This document shows positions 38,372 to 48,404 of a DNA stretch of 64,000 nt, piece by piece. Below the pieces are notes generated by a model. It had not been told where the DNA came from, did not search any database, and saw only the letters and a list, made by a program, of their open reading frames with translations. Origin of the DNA: an uncultured Gammaproteobacteria bacterium (GTDB lineage Bacteria > Patescibacteriota > Patescibacteriia > SG8-24); contig CAZBFO010000001.1 of the NCBI GenBank assembly GCA_964491475.1, positions 189,265 through 253,264 of the forward strand. Direction: 5' to 3'. The translations under genes were made by a program, and so were the position numbers. Positions within the stretch are counted from its first letter, which is position 1. Each line of letters begins with the position of its first letter.

Positions 38372-40004
38372 ATGCGCCGTTGGCCGCCAGCGTGCCCATC
38401 AGCATCAGGATGCCGATGCCCAGCGGATGATTCAGGTACGGGCTGAAGACGTTGGTGCCGATGAGCGCGAGCAAGCCGATCAGCAGCCCGGCGGCAACCA
38501 GCGATTGCTGCTTGGCGCCCCCGTCGAAAGCCAAATCGGCGTTCTTGAAGTCGCCTCGCGCCAGGCGGACGCGACGCAGCATCGGGCGCAGCAGCGAGAG
38601 CAGGAACCAGGCGTAGATGGCCGCGCCGACCGCGCCGATCTTCAGCCAGATGTCATGATAGCCCCACTCGAAGGCGTAGGTGGTGTAGCTGCCGGTCTCG
38701 TCCGAAGCCTTGAGGCGCGGATCGTGGGTTTCGTAGGTGACGGTCTTGCCGTAGCCGGAACCGAACAGCGGATGCTCCATGGCGGCCGCGGTCAGTTTGG
38801 GCAGCAGCGCCCAGCGGCTCTTGGCGGCGTCGTCGTTCAGGGAGAAGGCGCGGTCTCCGAAGATGGAGGCCAGGGAAATGCCGCCGTTCTTGTTGGGGTA
38901 CGGGAAGGAATAAGTGACCGCGATGATGCCGACGGCCAGCAGCACGGAGCCTGTGCCCAACAGGACCAAACGCTTCCAGACCTTTGCTTCCGCCTTGCCC
39001 CAGACAAGGACGGCGAACAGCGCGGCGGTCGCCGCCGCTCCCCCGAACCAGAAGCTGCGCGAAAGCGACAGCAGCATGCTGACCATCGCCCAGGTCACGA
39101 AGGCCGCAGCGAATTTGGCGCCGCGTTCCTTCATGGAGCGCGAGTAGGCCACGAACAGGGCCGCCAGGAACATCGAGACCAGGATGAAAATCTGCGACTG
39201 GAAGAAGATGCGGTAGAAGTCGGCCACCATGATGGTGATTTCGCCCACGCGGGTGTCGCGCACCCACAGGTACAGCATCTTGGCGATGGCGAAGACGCGG
39301 TGCGAGAAGAAGAACAGCACCACCAGCGCCTTGAGCACGGCCACGGTCACGGCCGAGCACAGCAGCGCGGCGGCGCGCTCGATCATCTTGGGTGCCGCGA
39401 AGACGGTGATCAGCGCCGGGAACAGCGCAAAGTACAACGAGCGGTCGACGTCAAAGAAGACCAGGTTGTAGGGATGGCCGAAGACGACGCCGCGGGCGAT
39501 GCCGAACAGGATGGTGACCATCAGCAGCGCGAAGGGTGCCAGGACGCGCGAGGCGTTCAGTTTCTGCAGCCAGGCCCAGGCGGCCTTGCGGCGCTCTCCT
39601 CCGGCGAAGCTGGCGGCCAGCAGCTCGGCGAACCAGATGGCCACGACGATCAGGAACAGCGCGTGGCGGATCGACAGCTCCAGTCCCTGTTCGGCGCCGA
39701 AGGTGAGCATGTAGCCGCCCTGCGAACCGACGAACAGCTCGGCCAGCAGCACCAGCACGGCCAGCTCGAAGCGGATCAGCGCCAGCACGGTTACCGCGGC
39801 CAGGACGATCAGGAACAGGGGCGAAGACGCGGCCGGGACCACCCAGGCGGAAAATGAAATCAGCTCGTACAGCACCATCAGCGGCAACGCGAAGCGATAC
39901 GCGGCACGAAACGCGGTTGCATCGAGCCGCAGCGCCGCAGGCGGCAGCAAGGCGCGAAGATACTCCTTGATTCGCGTGAGGAAAGCAGGAGTGCTAATAG
40001 TCAT
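38352..40004 (-). CDS. O-antigen ligase/polymerase family membrane protein (Wzy/WaaL-like)
   Basis: Ten or more TM helices. The periplasmic loop contains LLSLSRSFWFGG. It is the last gene of the glycosyltransferase operon. Confidence 0.65.
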   Translation of the reverse strand: MTISTPAFLTRIKEYLRALLPPAALRLDATAFRAAYRFALPLMVLYELISFSAWVVPAASSPLFLIVLAAVTVLALIRFELAVLVLLAELFVGSQGGYMLTFGAEQGLELSIRHALFLIVVAIWFAELLAASFAGGERRKAAWAWLQKLNASRVLAPFALLMVTILFGIARGVVFGHPYNLVFFDVDRSLYFALFPALITVFAAPKMIERAAALLCSAVTVAVLKALVVLFFFSHRVFAIAKMLYLWVRDTRVGEITIMVADFYRIFFQSQIFILVSMFLAALFVAYSRSMKERGAKFAAAFVTWAMVSMLLSLSRSFWFGGAAATAALFAVLVWGKAEAKVWKRLVLLGTGSVLLAVGIIAVTYSFPYPNKNGGISLASIFGDRAFSLNDDAAKSRWALLPKLTAAAMEHPLFGSGYGKTVTYETHDPRLKASDETGSYTTYAFEWGYHDIWLKIGAVGAAIYAWFLLSLLRPMLRRVRLARGDFKNADLAFDGGAKQQSLVAAGLLIGLLALIGTNVFSPYLNHPLGIGILMLMGTLAANGAFAKNES

Positions 40005-40860
40005 ACTTCTTGCGTTTGGCCTTGAGCGCGGCGACCAGCCAGGCGAGCGCCATGGCCACGGGGTGCAGAAGGGTCAGCAGCAGGTACCCGCCGACGCCGT
40101 CGTGTATCTGGAAGTAGGTGCGGAGGCTGTTGTCGAAGTAGCGCTGCTTGACCGGGCTGAACACCTGCCCGAAGGACTCCCCTCCCCGATGGGTCACGTC
40201 GGCGACCGGCGCGTACCAGACCTCCAGGCCGGCGTCGATGGCCCGCTTGCAGAAGTCGGCCTCCTCGAACCAGATGAAGTAGCGCTCGTCGAGGGTGCCG
40301 ATGGTCTCGAGCACCGAACGGCGGATCAGGAAGACCGCACCGATGACTTGCTCGACCCGCGCGGCCTTGGCGTAGTCGAAATCGGCGGCAAAGTAGTCGC
40401 GCAAAACGTCGAGCTTCGGGAAAACGTGATGCAGCTTGAGGATGATGAGCACCTGCGACCACAGCGTCGGCAGGCGGCGCACCGAATGCTGCACGGTGCC
40501 GTCGAGGTTCAGTACGCGCGGCCCCATGATGCCCGCCTGCGGGTTCTGGCGCATCCATGCCACCATCTTGGCCAACGCGCCTTCGGAGCAGTCGGTGTCG
40601 GGATTGAGCAGCAGCACGAACTCGCCAGCGCATTGCTGGATGGCCTGGTTGTTGGCCGCAGCGAAACCCAGGTTGCGGTTGTTGGCGATGACCGTGGCTT
40701 CGGGGAATTCCCTGACGACCATCTCGACGCTGCCGTCGCGCGAGTCGTTGTCGACCACGAACACCTCGAAGCTGACGCCGGTCTGGCGGTAGACCGAAGC
40801 CAGGCACTGCCGCAGCAGGTCCTTCACTTTCCAATTGACGATGATGATGGAGAGGTCCAT
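39994..40860 (-). CDS. Glycosyltransferase family 2
   Basis: LSIIIVNWKVKDLLRQCLASV...VFVVDNDSRDGS (GT-A fold DxD). Confidence 0.8.
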   Translation of the reverse strand: MDLSIIIVNWKVKDLLRQCLASVYRQTGVSFEVFVVDNDSRDGSVEMVVREFPEATVIANNRNLGFAAANNQAIQQCAGEFVLLLNPDTDCSEGALAKMVAWMRQNPQAGIMGPRVLNLDGTVQHSVRRLPTLWSQVLIILKLHHVFPKLDVLRDYFAADFDYAKAARVEQVIGAVFLIRRSVLETIGTLDERYFIWFEEADFCKRAIDAGLEVWYAPVADVTHRGGESFGQVFSPVKQRYFDNSLRTYFQIHDGVGGYLLLTLLHPVAMALAWLVAALKAKRKKYDY

Positions 40861-40879
40861 GAGGGCGCAGTTCGATGTT

Positions 40880-41599
40880 TTACCCTAAACGATGTTTCTC
40901 TTTCATGACCTGCCGCGCCGCTTCCAGCTTCTCCATGTTGGCCATGCGGATGCCCAGCCTGCTCCAAGGAATCAGGTTGAATGCCTTGGGCACCCATAGG
41001 CTGATGCCGCCGGCGTGCGGCAGGCACTTGAACAGGTACTCGGGGATCCAGACGCCGACGTGTCCCTGTTCCAGCATGGTCAGCCACAAGTCCCAGTCTT
41101 GCAGCCGCCTGATCTTCTCGTCGAAGCCGGGGAAATGCTCGCGGCGGATGAGCGAGGTGGTGTGCACGTAGTTCATCTTGCGGAGCCGGGCGGCGTCGAA
41201 CGGCCACAGGCGGAACTTTTTCCAGCCGAACTTGAACGAAGAGTAGGCGTAAGAGGCTTCGTGATGCTGCCGCAGCGTCTCGACCATCTTGGCCAGCATG
41301 TCCGCCCGCATGATGACGTCGGCGTCGCAGAACAGCAGGAACTCCCCCCTGGCTTCGGCAGCCCCGCGGTTGCGGGCGGCGTTGCCTCCGCGGTTTTCCT
41401 GGACGACGTAGGCGATGCGGCTCATGAACGGCCGCAGCGCCTCTTCGGTGCCGTCGGTGGAACCGTCGTTGACCACGATCACCTCGAAATCGGCAAACGT
41501 CTGCGCGAAGATGCTCTCCAGACAGAGCGGGAGTTCTTTGGCGTGCTGATATGACGGGATGATGATGCTGATGACCGGTGTCTTTTGCAATGCGTCCAT
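40880..41599 (-). CDS. Glycosyltransferase family 2
   Basis: ISIIIPSYQHAKELPLCLESIFAQT...VIVVNDGSTDGT. Confidence 0.8.
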   Translation of the reverse strand: MDALQKTPVISIIIPSYQHAKELPLCLESIFAQTFADFEVIVVNDGSTDGTEEALRPFMSRIAYVVQENRGGNAARNRGAAEARGEFLLFCDADVIMRADMLAKMVETLRQHHEASYAYSSFKFGWKKFRLWPFDAARLRKMNYVHTTSLIRREHFPGFDEKIRRLQDWDLWLTMLEQGHVGVWIPEYLFKCLPHAGGISLWVPKAFNLIPWSRLGIRMANMEKLEAARQVMKEKHRLG

Positions 41600-41636
41600 A
41601 CGGCTAAAGTGCTTCCGCCACGTCAGTGGCTCCGTT

Positions 41637-42788
41637 TCAACCCTTTGCTTCCGTTTTCATCAGCGCCTCGACGAGACCTCCGGCCTGGCGCTTCCAGCCG
41701 AAGTCCTCCTGCACGCGCTTGCGGCCGTCGGCGCCCAGCCGTTCGGCGAGAGCCGAATCGTCCATCAGCTTGCGGACCGCCTCGGCAATCGCTGCCGCGC
41801 TGCCCGGCTCGACCAGCAGGCCGGTCTTGCCGTCGACCACCGCGTCGGCCACTCCCCCGGTCCGCGACCCGATGACCGGTCGGCCCATCAAGTTGGCTTC
41901 CAGGTAGACAATGCCGAACCCTTCCACGTCCGCGCCGATGCTCTTGGGCGCCATCACGAAGGCGTTGGCCGCAGCGTACAGACCCGGCAGGTCCTCGTCG
42001 GGCACTCTGCCAAGGAAGCTGACGCGGTCGGCGACGTCCTGGCTCTTGGCCAACGCCTCCAGCTTTTGGCGCTGCGGGCCGTCACCGGCGATGACCAAGT
42101 GCACCTGCCTGCCTTCCTGCTTGAGCAATGCCGCCGCCTGAATGGCTTCGGCAAATCCCTTGCGCTCCACCAGCCGCCCAACGGAAAGCAGCGTATAGCC
42201 TGCGGGCATGGCGTAGAACTTGCGAACGGCTTCGACTCGGTCCGAAGGCAGGGCGATGTCCAACGGGAAGCCCGGGGACGGACGCACGATGGCAATCTTG
42301 TCCCTGGTCGCACCGAGCGCTTCGGCCAGCTGGGCGGTGTGGACGCTGTTGGCCACGACCATCTGGGCGCCGGCCAGCACGGCCTTGGCGCGGGCGCGCT
42401 TCGGGCCGCCGGCCTTCAGGGCCAGTGCCACGTCCATGCCATGAACGATGACCACGTAAGGCAGGCCGCGACGCCGTTTGAGGATGCGTGCCACCAGTCC
42501 CATCGGCAGCAGGTGGCTGACGATCAGCAGTTCGGCACGCTCCTTTTTGCGCAGCCAGTCGGTCCAATACAGCGCGCCGAGCCAACGGGGGCGAATCCAC
42601 CCGAGCAGCAGGTTGCGGCGGTAGATGGGCGCGTCCGAGAGCATGTCGATGTCGTGCGACGCCGGGTCTTCCGGTGCCAGCACCTGCACGCTCCCCTTGG
42701 GAAAACAGGCCACCAGATTCGCCAAATAAGTGGCGACGCCGCCTTTCTGACCGGGGTATTCCAAAGTGGCAAGGATGATCGACTTCAT
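41637..42788 (-). CDS. Glycosyltransferase family 4 (GT-B, group 1)
   Basis: LEYPGQKGGVATY...VMAPKSIGADVEGFGIVYLEANLMGRPVIGS is an E-x7-E type motif. Confidence 0.8.
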   Translation of the reverse strand: MKSIILATLEYPGQKGGVATYLANLVACFPKGSVQVLAPEDPASHDIDMLSDAPIYRRNLLLGWIRPRWLGALYWTDWLRKKERAELLIVSHLLPMGLVARILKRRRGLPYVVIVHGMDVALALKAGGPKRARAKAVLAGAQMVVANSVHTAQLAEALGATRDKIAIVRPSPGFPLDIALPSDRVEAVRKFYAMPAGYTLLSVGRLVERKGFAEAIQAAALLKQEGRQVHLVIAGDGPQRQKLEALAKSQDVADRVSFLGRVPDEDLPGLYAAANAFVMAPKSIGADVEGFGIVYLEANLMGRPVIGSRTGGVADAVVDGKTGLLVEPGSAAAIAEAVRKLMDDSALAERLGADGRKRVQEDFGWKRQAGGLVEALMKTEAKG

Positions 42789-44254
42789 GTAGCTACGATA
42801 TCAGAAAACTTCTTGCCGCGCCGCAGGAACACGGCCATCACGTCCTTGACCTCGCGCCAGGTGACTCCCCCGACGCCCACCAGCACCAGCAGGTACTCGG
42901 CCGCCCCCAGCGGCATCAGCGCCGCAAAGTAGACGTGCGGCCGCAGCAACGCCAAAGTCATGGCCATGAACGATGCCGCGAACAGGCATTGCGCGGCAGA
43001 CACCAGCAACGGCTTGCGCTCGAACGGCGTGACGGTCCGCACCAACCGCAGGGTCAGGGCGAACAGCAGCGTGTTGGCGGCCAGCGCCGAAATGGCCGCG
43101 CCGACCGACCCGAGCAGCGGGATCATGAAGGCGTTCAGCGCCAAGTTGGCCACCATGGTGATGCCGAGCACGGTGGTGTGCTTGGCCTGACGGTCGCTGG
43201 CGTTGAGCAGCGAACCGGCCGGCCAGTACAGGAAGGCGAAGATCAACGAGAAGGCCAGTATCTCCAAGGGCGCGGCAGCCCCCTCGAACTGCTTGCCGTA
43301 GACGGTCTTGATGAGAGGCTCCGCCAACATGGCGATGCCGAAGGCCAGCGGCACCACCATGTACATCAGGTACTTGATGGATTGGTCGAAGATGACGCCC
43401 AGCTTTTTGCGGTCGCTGACGTAGTACTGGCTCATCGCCGGATAGACGGCCGCGGCGAAGGACATTGGCAGGAACTGGAAGGCGAAGGAGAGCTTGTTTG
43501 CCACGCCGTACAGGCCGACGTCAGCGGTGGTGCCCAGCTTGGAGAGCATCACCGAGTCGGCATAGGAGTAAACGCGCGAAAAGATGCCCGCCAAGGCGAA
43601 CGGCACGGTCACGTCGCGCAGGAACTTGACCATGACCGGCTCCAGCTTGAGGGTGACCTTCATGGGGAACTTGCGCAGCAGCATGGTCGAGGACCACAGC
43701 ACGTTCCAGGTGCTGCCGCAGAGCAGGGCGAAGATCAAGGAGACCAGCGGCAGGTGCAAGCCGAACAAAAAGAGTCCTCCCGCCGCGATGGTCACCGCCT
43801 GGCCGGTAACCACGCCGACGGCCTCGTACTTGAGGTTCTGGAAGCCGCGCATCACGGCGTAGAACACCAGATGAATCGAGTCCAACACCATCACCGCCGA
43901 AGCGACGGCGATCATGGTGCGCAGTTCCGAGGAATAGCCGAACAGCCAAGCGCTGATTTCCACGACCACGATCGTGGCTGCGGCCAGCACCGCCTTGATG
44001 CCCAGCACGTTGGAGAGCAGCGTCCCGGCCTTCTCCGGAAACTTGGCCGCTTCGCGCACCAGCACGTTGGACAACCCCAGGTCCACGAAAATCGAAAAGA
44101 TGGTGGTGAAGGAGGTGGCAATGACGTACTTGCCCGCACCCTCCACTCCCACCGCACGCGCTGCCAGCGTGAAATAGACGAAAGAAAGGATCTTTTGCCC
44201 CACGAAAGCCGCCACCAGGTAAGCCGTATTTTTCGCCACCCGTCCTTCAGCCAT
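42785..44254 (-). CDS. Polysaccharide biosynthesis protein / Wzx-like flippase (MOP superfamily)
   Basis: 489 aa with about 12-14 TM helices. It is the first gene of the glycosyltransferase operon. The revcomp of 44263-44291 reads TTGCCG-17-TAAAAT, a putative promoter. Confidence 0.7.
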   Translation of the reverse strand: MAEGRVAKNTAYLVAAFVGQKILSFVYFTLAARAVGVEGAGKYVIATSFTTIFSIFVDLGLSNVLVREAAKFPEKAGTLLSNVLGIKAVLAAATIVVVEISAWLFGYSSELRTMIAVASAVMVLDSIHLVFYAVMRGFQNLKYEAVGVVTGQAVTIAAGGLFLFGLHLPLVSLIFALLCGSTWNVLWSSTMLLRKFPMKVTLKLEPVMVKFLRDVTVPFALAGIFSRVYSYADSVMLSKLGTTADVGLYGVANKLSFAFQFLPMSFAAAVYPAMSQYYVSDRKKLGVIFDQSIKYLMYMVVPLAFGIAMLAEPLIKTVYGKQFEGAAAPLEILAFSLIFAFLYWPAGSLLNASDRQAKHTTVLGITMVANLALNAFMIPLLGSVGAAISALAANTLLFALTLRLVRTVTPFERKPLLVSAAQCLFAASFMAMTLALLRPHVYFAALMPLGAAEYLLVLVGVGGVTWREVKDVMAVFLRRGKKFSDIVAT

Positions 44255-44390
44255 AACGTAGCGATTTTACGCCGTATTCCCGCTTTCGGCAATGCTGGAT
44301 ATGCACCGTTTTTTGGCTAAAAATAAAGCTAAGTTTGCCAAAGGAAAGACGGGCCTCTGCAAGAGACCCGGGAAGGAACGGAAGGAAGGA

Positions 44391-46370
44391 TCAGCGGAGC
44401 AACACTTTGCCACCCTGGCCGTCGTCGGCCACGCGGCATATGCCAGTTACCGACCACTTGGCGAGGTCGAACCAATAGGCGCGGTTGCGGGAAGGCGACC
44501 AGACCCAGAGGTTGAAGCGCGTGACGGTCGGCGGAAGGTCGAGAACCAGCTCGGCCCCGTTACCGCCATAGCTTACGCGCGGCAGCGTTGCAGACGTCGG
44601 CGCCCAAGAAAGGCTACCGTCGCCGCCCGCAGCCACGAAGGCGAAGTCGGCATCGGTGAGCGCACCCGCATCCACGAGGGCGTGAGGAGAGACTCCCTTT
44701 ATGACCACGCGTAGCGAGCTCACGGTGACGGAACAGGCCAGGGTTGGAGCAGCAGATGAGGCATTTGCCGCGCCCTCAACCGCAGTTCCGCCATCGGTCA
44801 ACGACGGCACGACCGACTTCTGGCACTCGCCACTTACCGGATCGCAGGCATAGCCGTCATTGCAGGAACCGGTGCTCCAGAAGGTGCAGCCGTCCGGAGC
44901 CGTCGCGCATACTGCCGGCGATTGCGCGTTCATGCAGGCGTGCGTGCCCGCGATGCAAGTCATCGCGCATCCGCCCGGTTGTGACGGCGGCGGAATGCCG
45001 GAATCGGTCCCGCCTCCACGCGCTCCCCCGGAAGCCGAGGAAGAGATGATACGACTGCCGTTGGGACAGTTCGTAGCATCGGTGACCGTGAACTCGCGAT
45101 GCGCGGAATCCATCCGCCGCACCAACGAAGGCACCGAGCCATCCGGCACCTGAATAACCTGCGGCCAGCCGCGACCGTACAGCACCGGCATCAGGTTGCG
45201 ATACAGCCGATATGCCGTTCCGTCGTCGGAAATGACGTAGAAGTCGTCGTCCGAAGCCTGCTCGATGACTGAACCGTCGCGCAACGGCAATGGCGTCGTG
45301 TCCGGCGCGATGGCGCAGGAACGGCCGTTCACCAGCACGTCGGCTGCACGGAAGCCCCAGGAACGGAGCAAGATGGCGTACTCGTTCGCGGCCGGCGCGA
45401 ACGGCACTTTTCGCCGCCAGCGCATGACGCCGTCGTCGAAGGTGACGAAGGTCGGCCAGGCGGCACCGTCCAGACAGGTCGTGGCGGCTAGTTGCGCCGG
45501 CCTGTCGAGATCGAGTCCGCGGTCGTGGCAGGCCAGCTCGTCGTCGCTGACCGTCACCACGGTGTCCCACTCGCGGGAACGGTCCTGCCAGAACTGATAC
45601 GAGCGGTAGACCGTCTCGTCGCGGATGTGGCAGAGCCTGTCCGGCGCGCAGACCAGGTAAATCTCCGGTCCGTTTGCGCCTTTCACCAACGTGCCCACGG
45701 CATGATGCAGCGCGTGATGCGACAACTTTGCGCCCGCCGCCGCACCGAGACCGCTGTATCCCGAAATGGGCTCCGGCACGATGGCGCTGTCGCCGCAGAA
45801 TAGCTTGAAGTGCAGGTGAGCACCGTCGGTTTTGGGGTCGGCATGGCATGCCGAGATGACGTTGCCGAGGTTGCCGACCGTGCCGATCTGCTCGCCTTGC
45901 TGCACCCGTTGGCCGACCTTCACGGTCCGCGAGGCCAAGTGGCCGTAATGGCTGAAACAGCCGTTGCCGTGGTCGATGAACACCTGGTTTGGGCCGTAGG
46001 AACCGTCGAGCCGTTCGCGAGAGGCCGCGCTGCCAGGCAACGGATACTCGGCAATCGTTCCGGCCGCCGCCGCCAACGCCGGCGTGCCCCAGGCTGCGCC
46101 GCAGCCTTCACCGGCAAAATCGAGCGCGTAGCCGTCGTCCCACTCCCCCGCGCCGTGGCGGAGGTGCGTGGTCGGCGTCTGATACGAGCGCGTCAGCACT
46201 CGAGTCTCGCCGGCAGGAAAGGGCAGCATCAGCGCCATCGAGCGGTCGGCGGCGCTTTCCACCAACGCGTCCGAGCGGTCGCTTTCCGAGGGACTGCTTC
46301 CGGTGTCGCCGCTGCAAGAGGCGGCCAGGACGATGACGCACACGAGCAAGAAACGGATGAATGCGGACAT
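44391..46370 (-). CDS. M23 family peptidase lipoprotein with a large Cys-rich C-terminal region
   Basis: Lipobox LAASC. The M23 core carries HYGHL...GAHLHFKL. The C-terminal ~400 aa contain many Cys and Gly. Confidence 0.7.
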   Translation of the reverse strand: MSAFIRFLLVCVIVLAASCSGDTGSSPSESDRSDALVESAADRSMALMLPFPAGETRVLTRSYQTPTTHLRHGAGEWDDGYALDFAGEGCGAAWGTPALAAAAGTIAEYPLPGSAASRERLDGSYGPNQVFIDHGNGCFSHYGHLASRTVKVGQRVQQGEQIGTVGNLGNVISACHADPKTDGAHLHFKLFCGDSAIVPEPISGYSGLGAAAGAKLSHHALHHAVGTLVKGANGPEIYLVCAPDRLCHIRDETVYRSYQFWQDRSREWDTVVTVSDDELACHDRGLDLDRPAQLAATTCLDGAAWPTFVTFDDGVMRWRRKVPFAPAANEYAILLRSWGFRAADVLVNGRSCAIAPDTTPLPLRDGSVIEQASDDDFYVISDDGTAYRLYRNLMPVLYGRGWPQVIQVPDGSVPSLVRRMDSAHREFTVTDATNCPNGSRIISSSASGGARGGGTDSGIPPPSQPGGCAMTCIAGTHACMNAQSPAVCATAPDGCTFWSTGSCNDGYACDPVSGECQKSVVPSLTDGGTAVEGAANASSAAPTLACSVTVSSLRVVIKGVSPHALVDAGALTDADFAFVAAGGDGSLSWAPTSATLPRVSYGGNGAELVLDLPPTVTRFNLWVWSPSRNRAYWFDLAKWSVTGICRVADDGQGGKVLLR

Positions 46371-46474
46371 GATGTCGCTCCCCGCCGATTCGGCGGATGG
46401 GGTTGTAAAGAACGGTCTTCACTTTGCCGACCGAACGAACCGGCTCGGTCGGCAAACAAAAGGGCGCAGTGCAA

Positions 46475-47170
46475 TCACTGCGCCTGAAACGTCTCGGCGA
46501 CCTTCTCGAGAAGCGTCTGCCGCGAAAGGTTTCCCTTTTTTACCGCCAGTCCGACGACGAACTCGCCGCGCCCCGTGAACACCCGCGTTTCCCGAACCAT
46601 CAGCGACGAAGACGAGCCGTCGCCGTTCACCGTCTCTTCCCACGCCCCGCGCAGAACCTCCGCTCCCGGCGCAACGCCGTATTTTTTGGCAAAAGCTTCG
46701 TACTCGCTCTCCTCGTCCGCAAACGTCCCTGACGGCTTGGTGATGACCACGTCGGCATCCCAATACCGGTAAGAGGTGCCGTCCTTCGGCGTGTCTGCCC
46801 AAAGGTGCACCGCGCTTTCGTTTTCTTCCAGGTGCCACGTGGCCGGGTACGAAATGACGAAGCAGCGGTGCGGATCGCGATAGTGCGTCCACCCATTCGC
46901 ACGGACCTGGACTCCCCCTTTCCCCGCGGCAAGCGGGCAAAAATGCTCGGTGAAAGTCAGGGTGCCCGCAATCTCCGCGTTACCGCTTCCCTTCGGCGTC
47001 TGACCGTTCGATGCGGCCGGCGAGGCAACCGCACGTTTCTCCCCTGCCGGCCTCGCCGTCCCTCGCGGCCACGCCAACAAACCCACGCAAGCGATGCCGA
47101 CTGCCAATCCCGCCATCGTCAGTCCGATCGTAACCCGTTCTCGCACCGCAAACCGAGGACGTTGTTCCAT
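46475..47170 (-). CDS. Hypothetical membrane-anchored exported protein
   Basis: N-terminal TM/signal segment (GLAVGIACVGLLAW). No motif. Confidence 0.4.
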   Translation of the reverse strand: MEQRPRFAVRERVTIGLTMAGLAVGIACVGLLAWPRGTARPAGEKRAVASPAASNGQTPKGSGNAEIAGTLTFTEHFCPLAAGKGGVQVRANGWTHYRDPHRCFVISYPATWHLEENESAVHLWADTPKDGTSYRYWDADVVITKPSGTFADEESEYEAFAKKYGVAPGAEVLRGAWEETVNGDGSSSSLMVRETRVFTGRGEFVVGLAVKKGNLSRQTLLEKVAETFQAQ

Positions 47171-47297
47171 AAGAAGCGTTTAAAGGATTCAATGCGGCGC
47201 GCACCATGCCTACGTCGAAAAATCCCGTCAAGAAAAACTTATCCACATAACGAAAAGCCCGGCCAAAGATGGCCGGGCCGGGTGCGCACGATGCGCG

Positions 47298-48263
47298 TCA
47301 GAAGGTCTTGTTGCCCTTGGGGATGTTCCCCAGGAAGCTGCCGCCGCTCGGAGCGGGCGGACCGCTGCCGATGATCTCGGCCAGCTCCTCTGGCGAGCAG
47401 TAGTAGATGCGGATCAGCGCCGTCGGCTGCTCCTGCCAGAACTCGATCGGCTGGGTGTCGTCGTGGACGGTCTGGTTGACCATCGCGCCGGCGCCGACTT
47501 CGACGCGCGGTGCCGCCGAACGGAGCGAGCGCATGCCGCCGCCACCGAGCGTCTTGGGCGCGGCGCTGAAGACGCTTTCCTCGTCGCCGGGCGTGCTCTC
47601 GAAGCCGCCGCGCATGCGGCGGGTCGGCCGGGGCTTCGGCTCCTTGGAGAGGAAGAATGCCAGGCTGAAAGCGTCGACGCGCTCGTTGCCGATGATCTGC
47701 GCCGCCACGCCGCGCTCCACTTGTTCCGTGAACAAGAATTCGCGGGTGACGCCGCCTTCGCCGCGGAACCCGTCGCGCCAGAACGAACGGCCGGGCGTGA
47801 CGTTGGAAGCCAGGTAGTTCTGGCCGGGCCACTCGAAGCCGCAGTCGGCGCAGTAGCGGTTGCCGCTGAACGGCTTGTCGTGGTTGGGGCAGCGTCGCTT
47901 GTACTGCTCCATCGAGAGCGGCCAGGTGACGCGCCGTCCGGTGATGGCGTTGACGCCCTGGGCCGAGATGATCGCGGCGACGTGGTGCGGATTGTGCAGG
48001 CTGTCGTTGAGGTCGATCCACACCATGTGGCCGACCTTGGAAGCGAAGAAGAAGCTGCGCAGGTTGATGCTCGGATCGCTGCGGTCCCAGTTCTTCGGAC
48101 ACGCCTCGAAGTCGTCGACGGAGTAGACGGTGACCGGCGCTTGCGGCGCCAGATTGCCTACCTGCTCGTTACCCCGGGCGTCGAATCGCGACGTGGTCGC
48201 CTTCGGCATGTGCAACGTAGCGCTCACGCCGTTGACGTTCATCTGGGTGGTTCCTCTGCTCAT
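47298..48263 (-). CDS. Hypothetical protein with a putative zinc-ribbon (CPNHD...CADCGF)
   Basis: Long ORF with coding composition. No family recognised. Confidence 0.4.
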   Translation of the reverse strand: MSRGTTQMNVNGVSATLHMPKATTSRFDARGNEQVGNLAPQAPVTVYSVDDFEACPKNWDRSDPSINLRSFFFASKVGHMVWIDLNDSLHNPHHVAAIISAQGVNAITGRRVTWPLSMEQYKRRCPNHDKPFSGNRYCADCGFEWPGQNYLASNVTPGRSFWRDGFRGEGGVTREFLFTEQVERGVAAQIIGNERVDAFSLAFFLSKEPKPRPTRRMRGGFESTPGDEESVFSAAPKTLGGGGMRSLRSAAPRVEVGAGAMVNQTVHDDTQPIEFWQEQPTALIRIYYCSPEELAEIIGSGPPAPSGGSFLGNIPKGNKTF

Positions 48264-48404
48264 TTCCTACCTCTTTTTGGTCTGTTTCACGACGAACGAC
48301 GGCCAACGTGGTCCGTCACTCGACGCCACAGAGTAACTGGTTTCGACCCGAAGGTCAAGGAGCCGGGCTTCTGCTATACTGACCGCGTTACCCCCTATTC
48401 TTTT

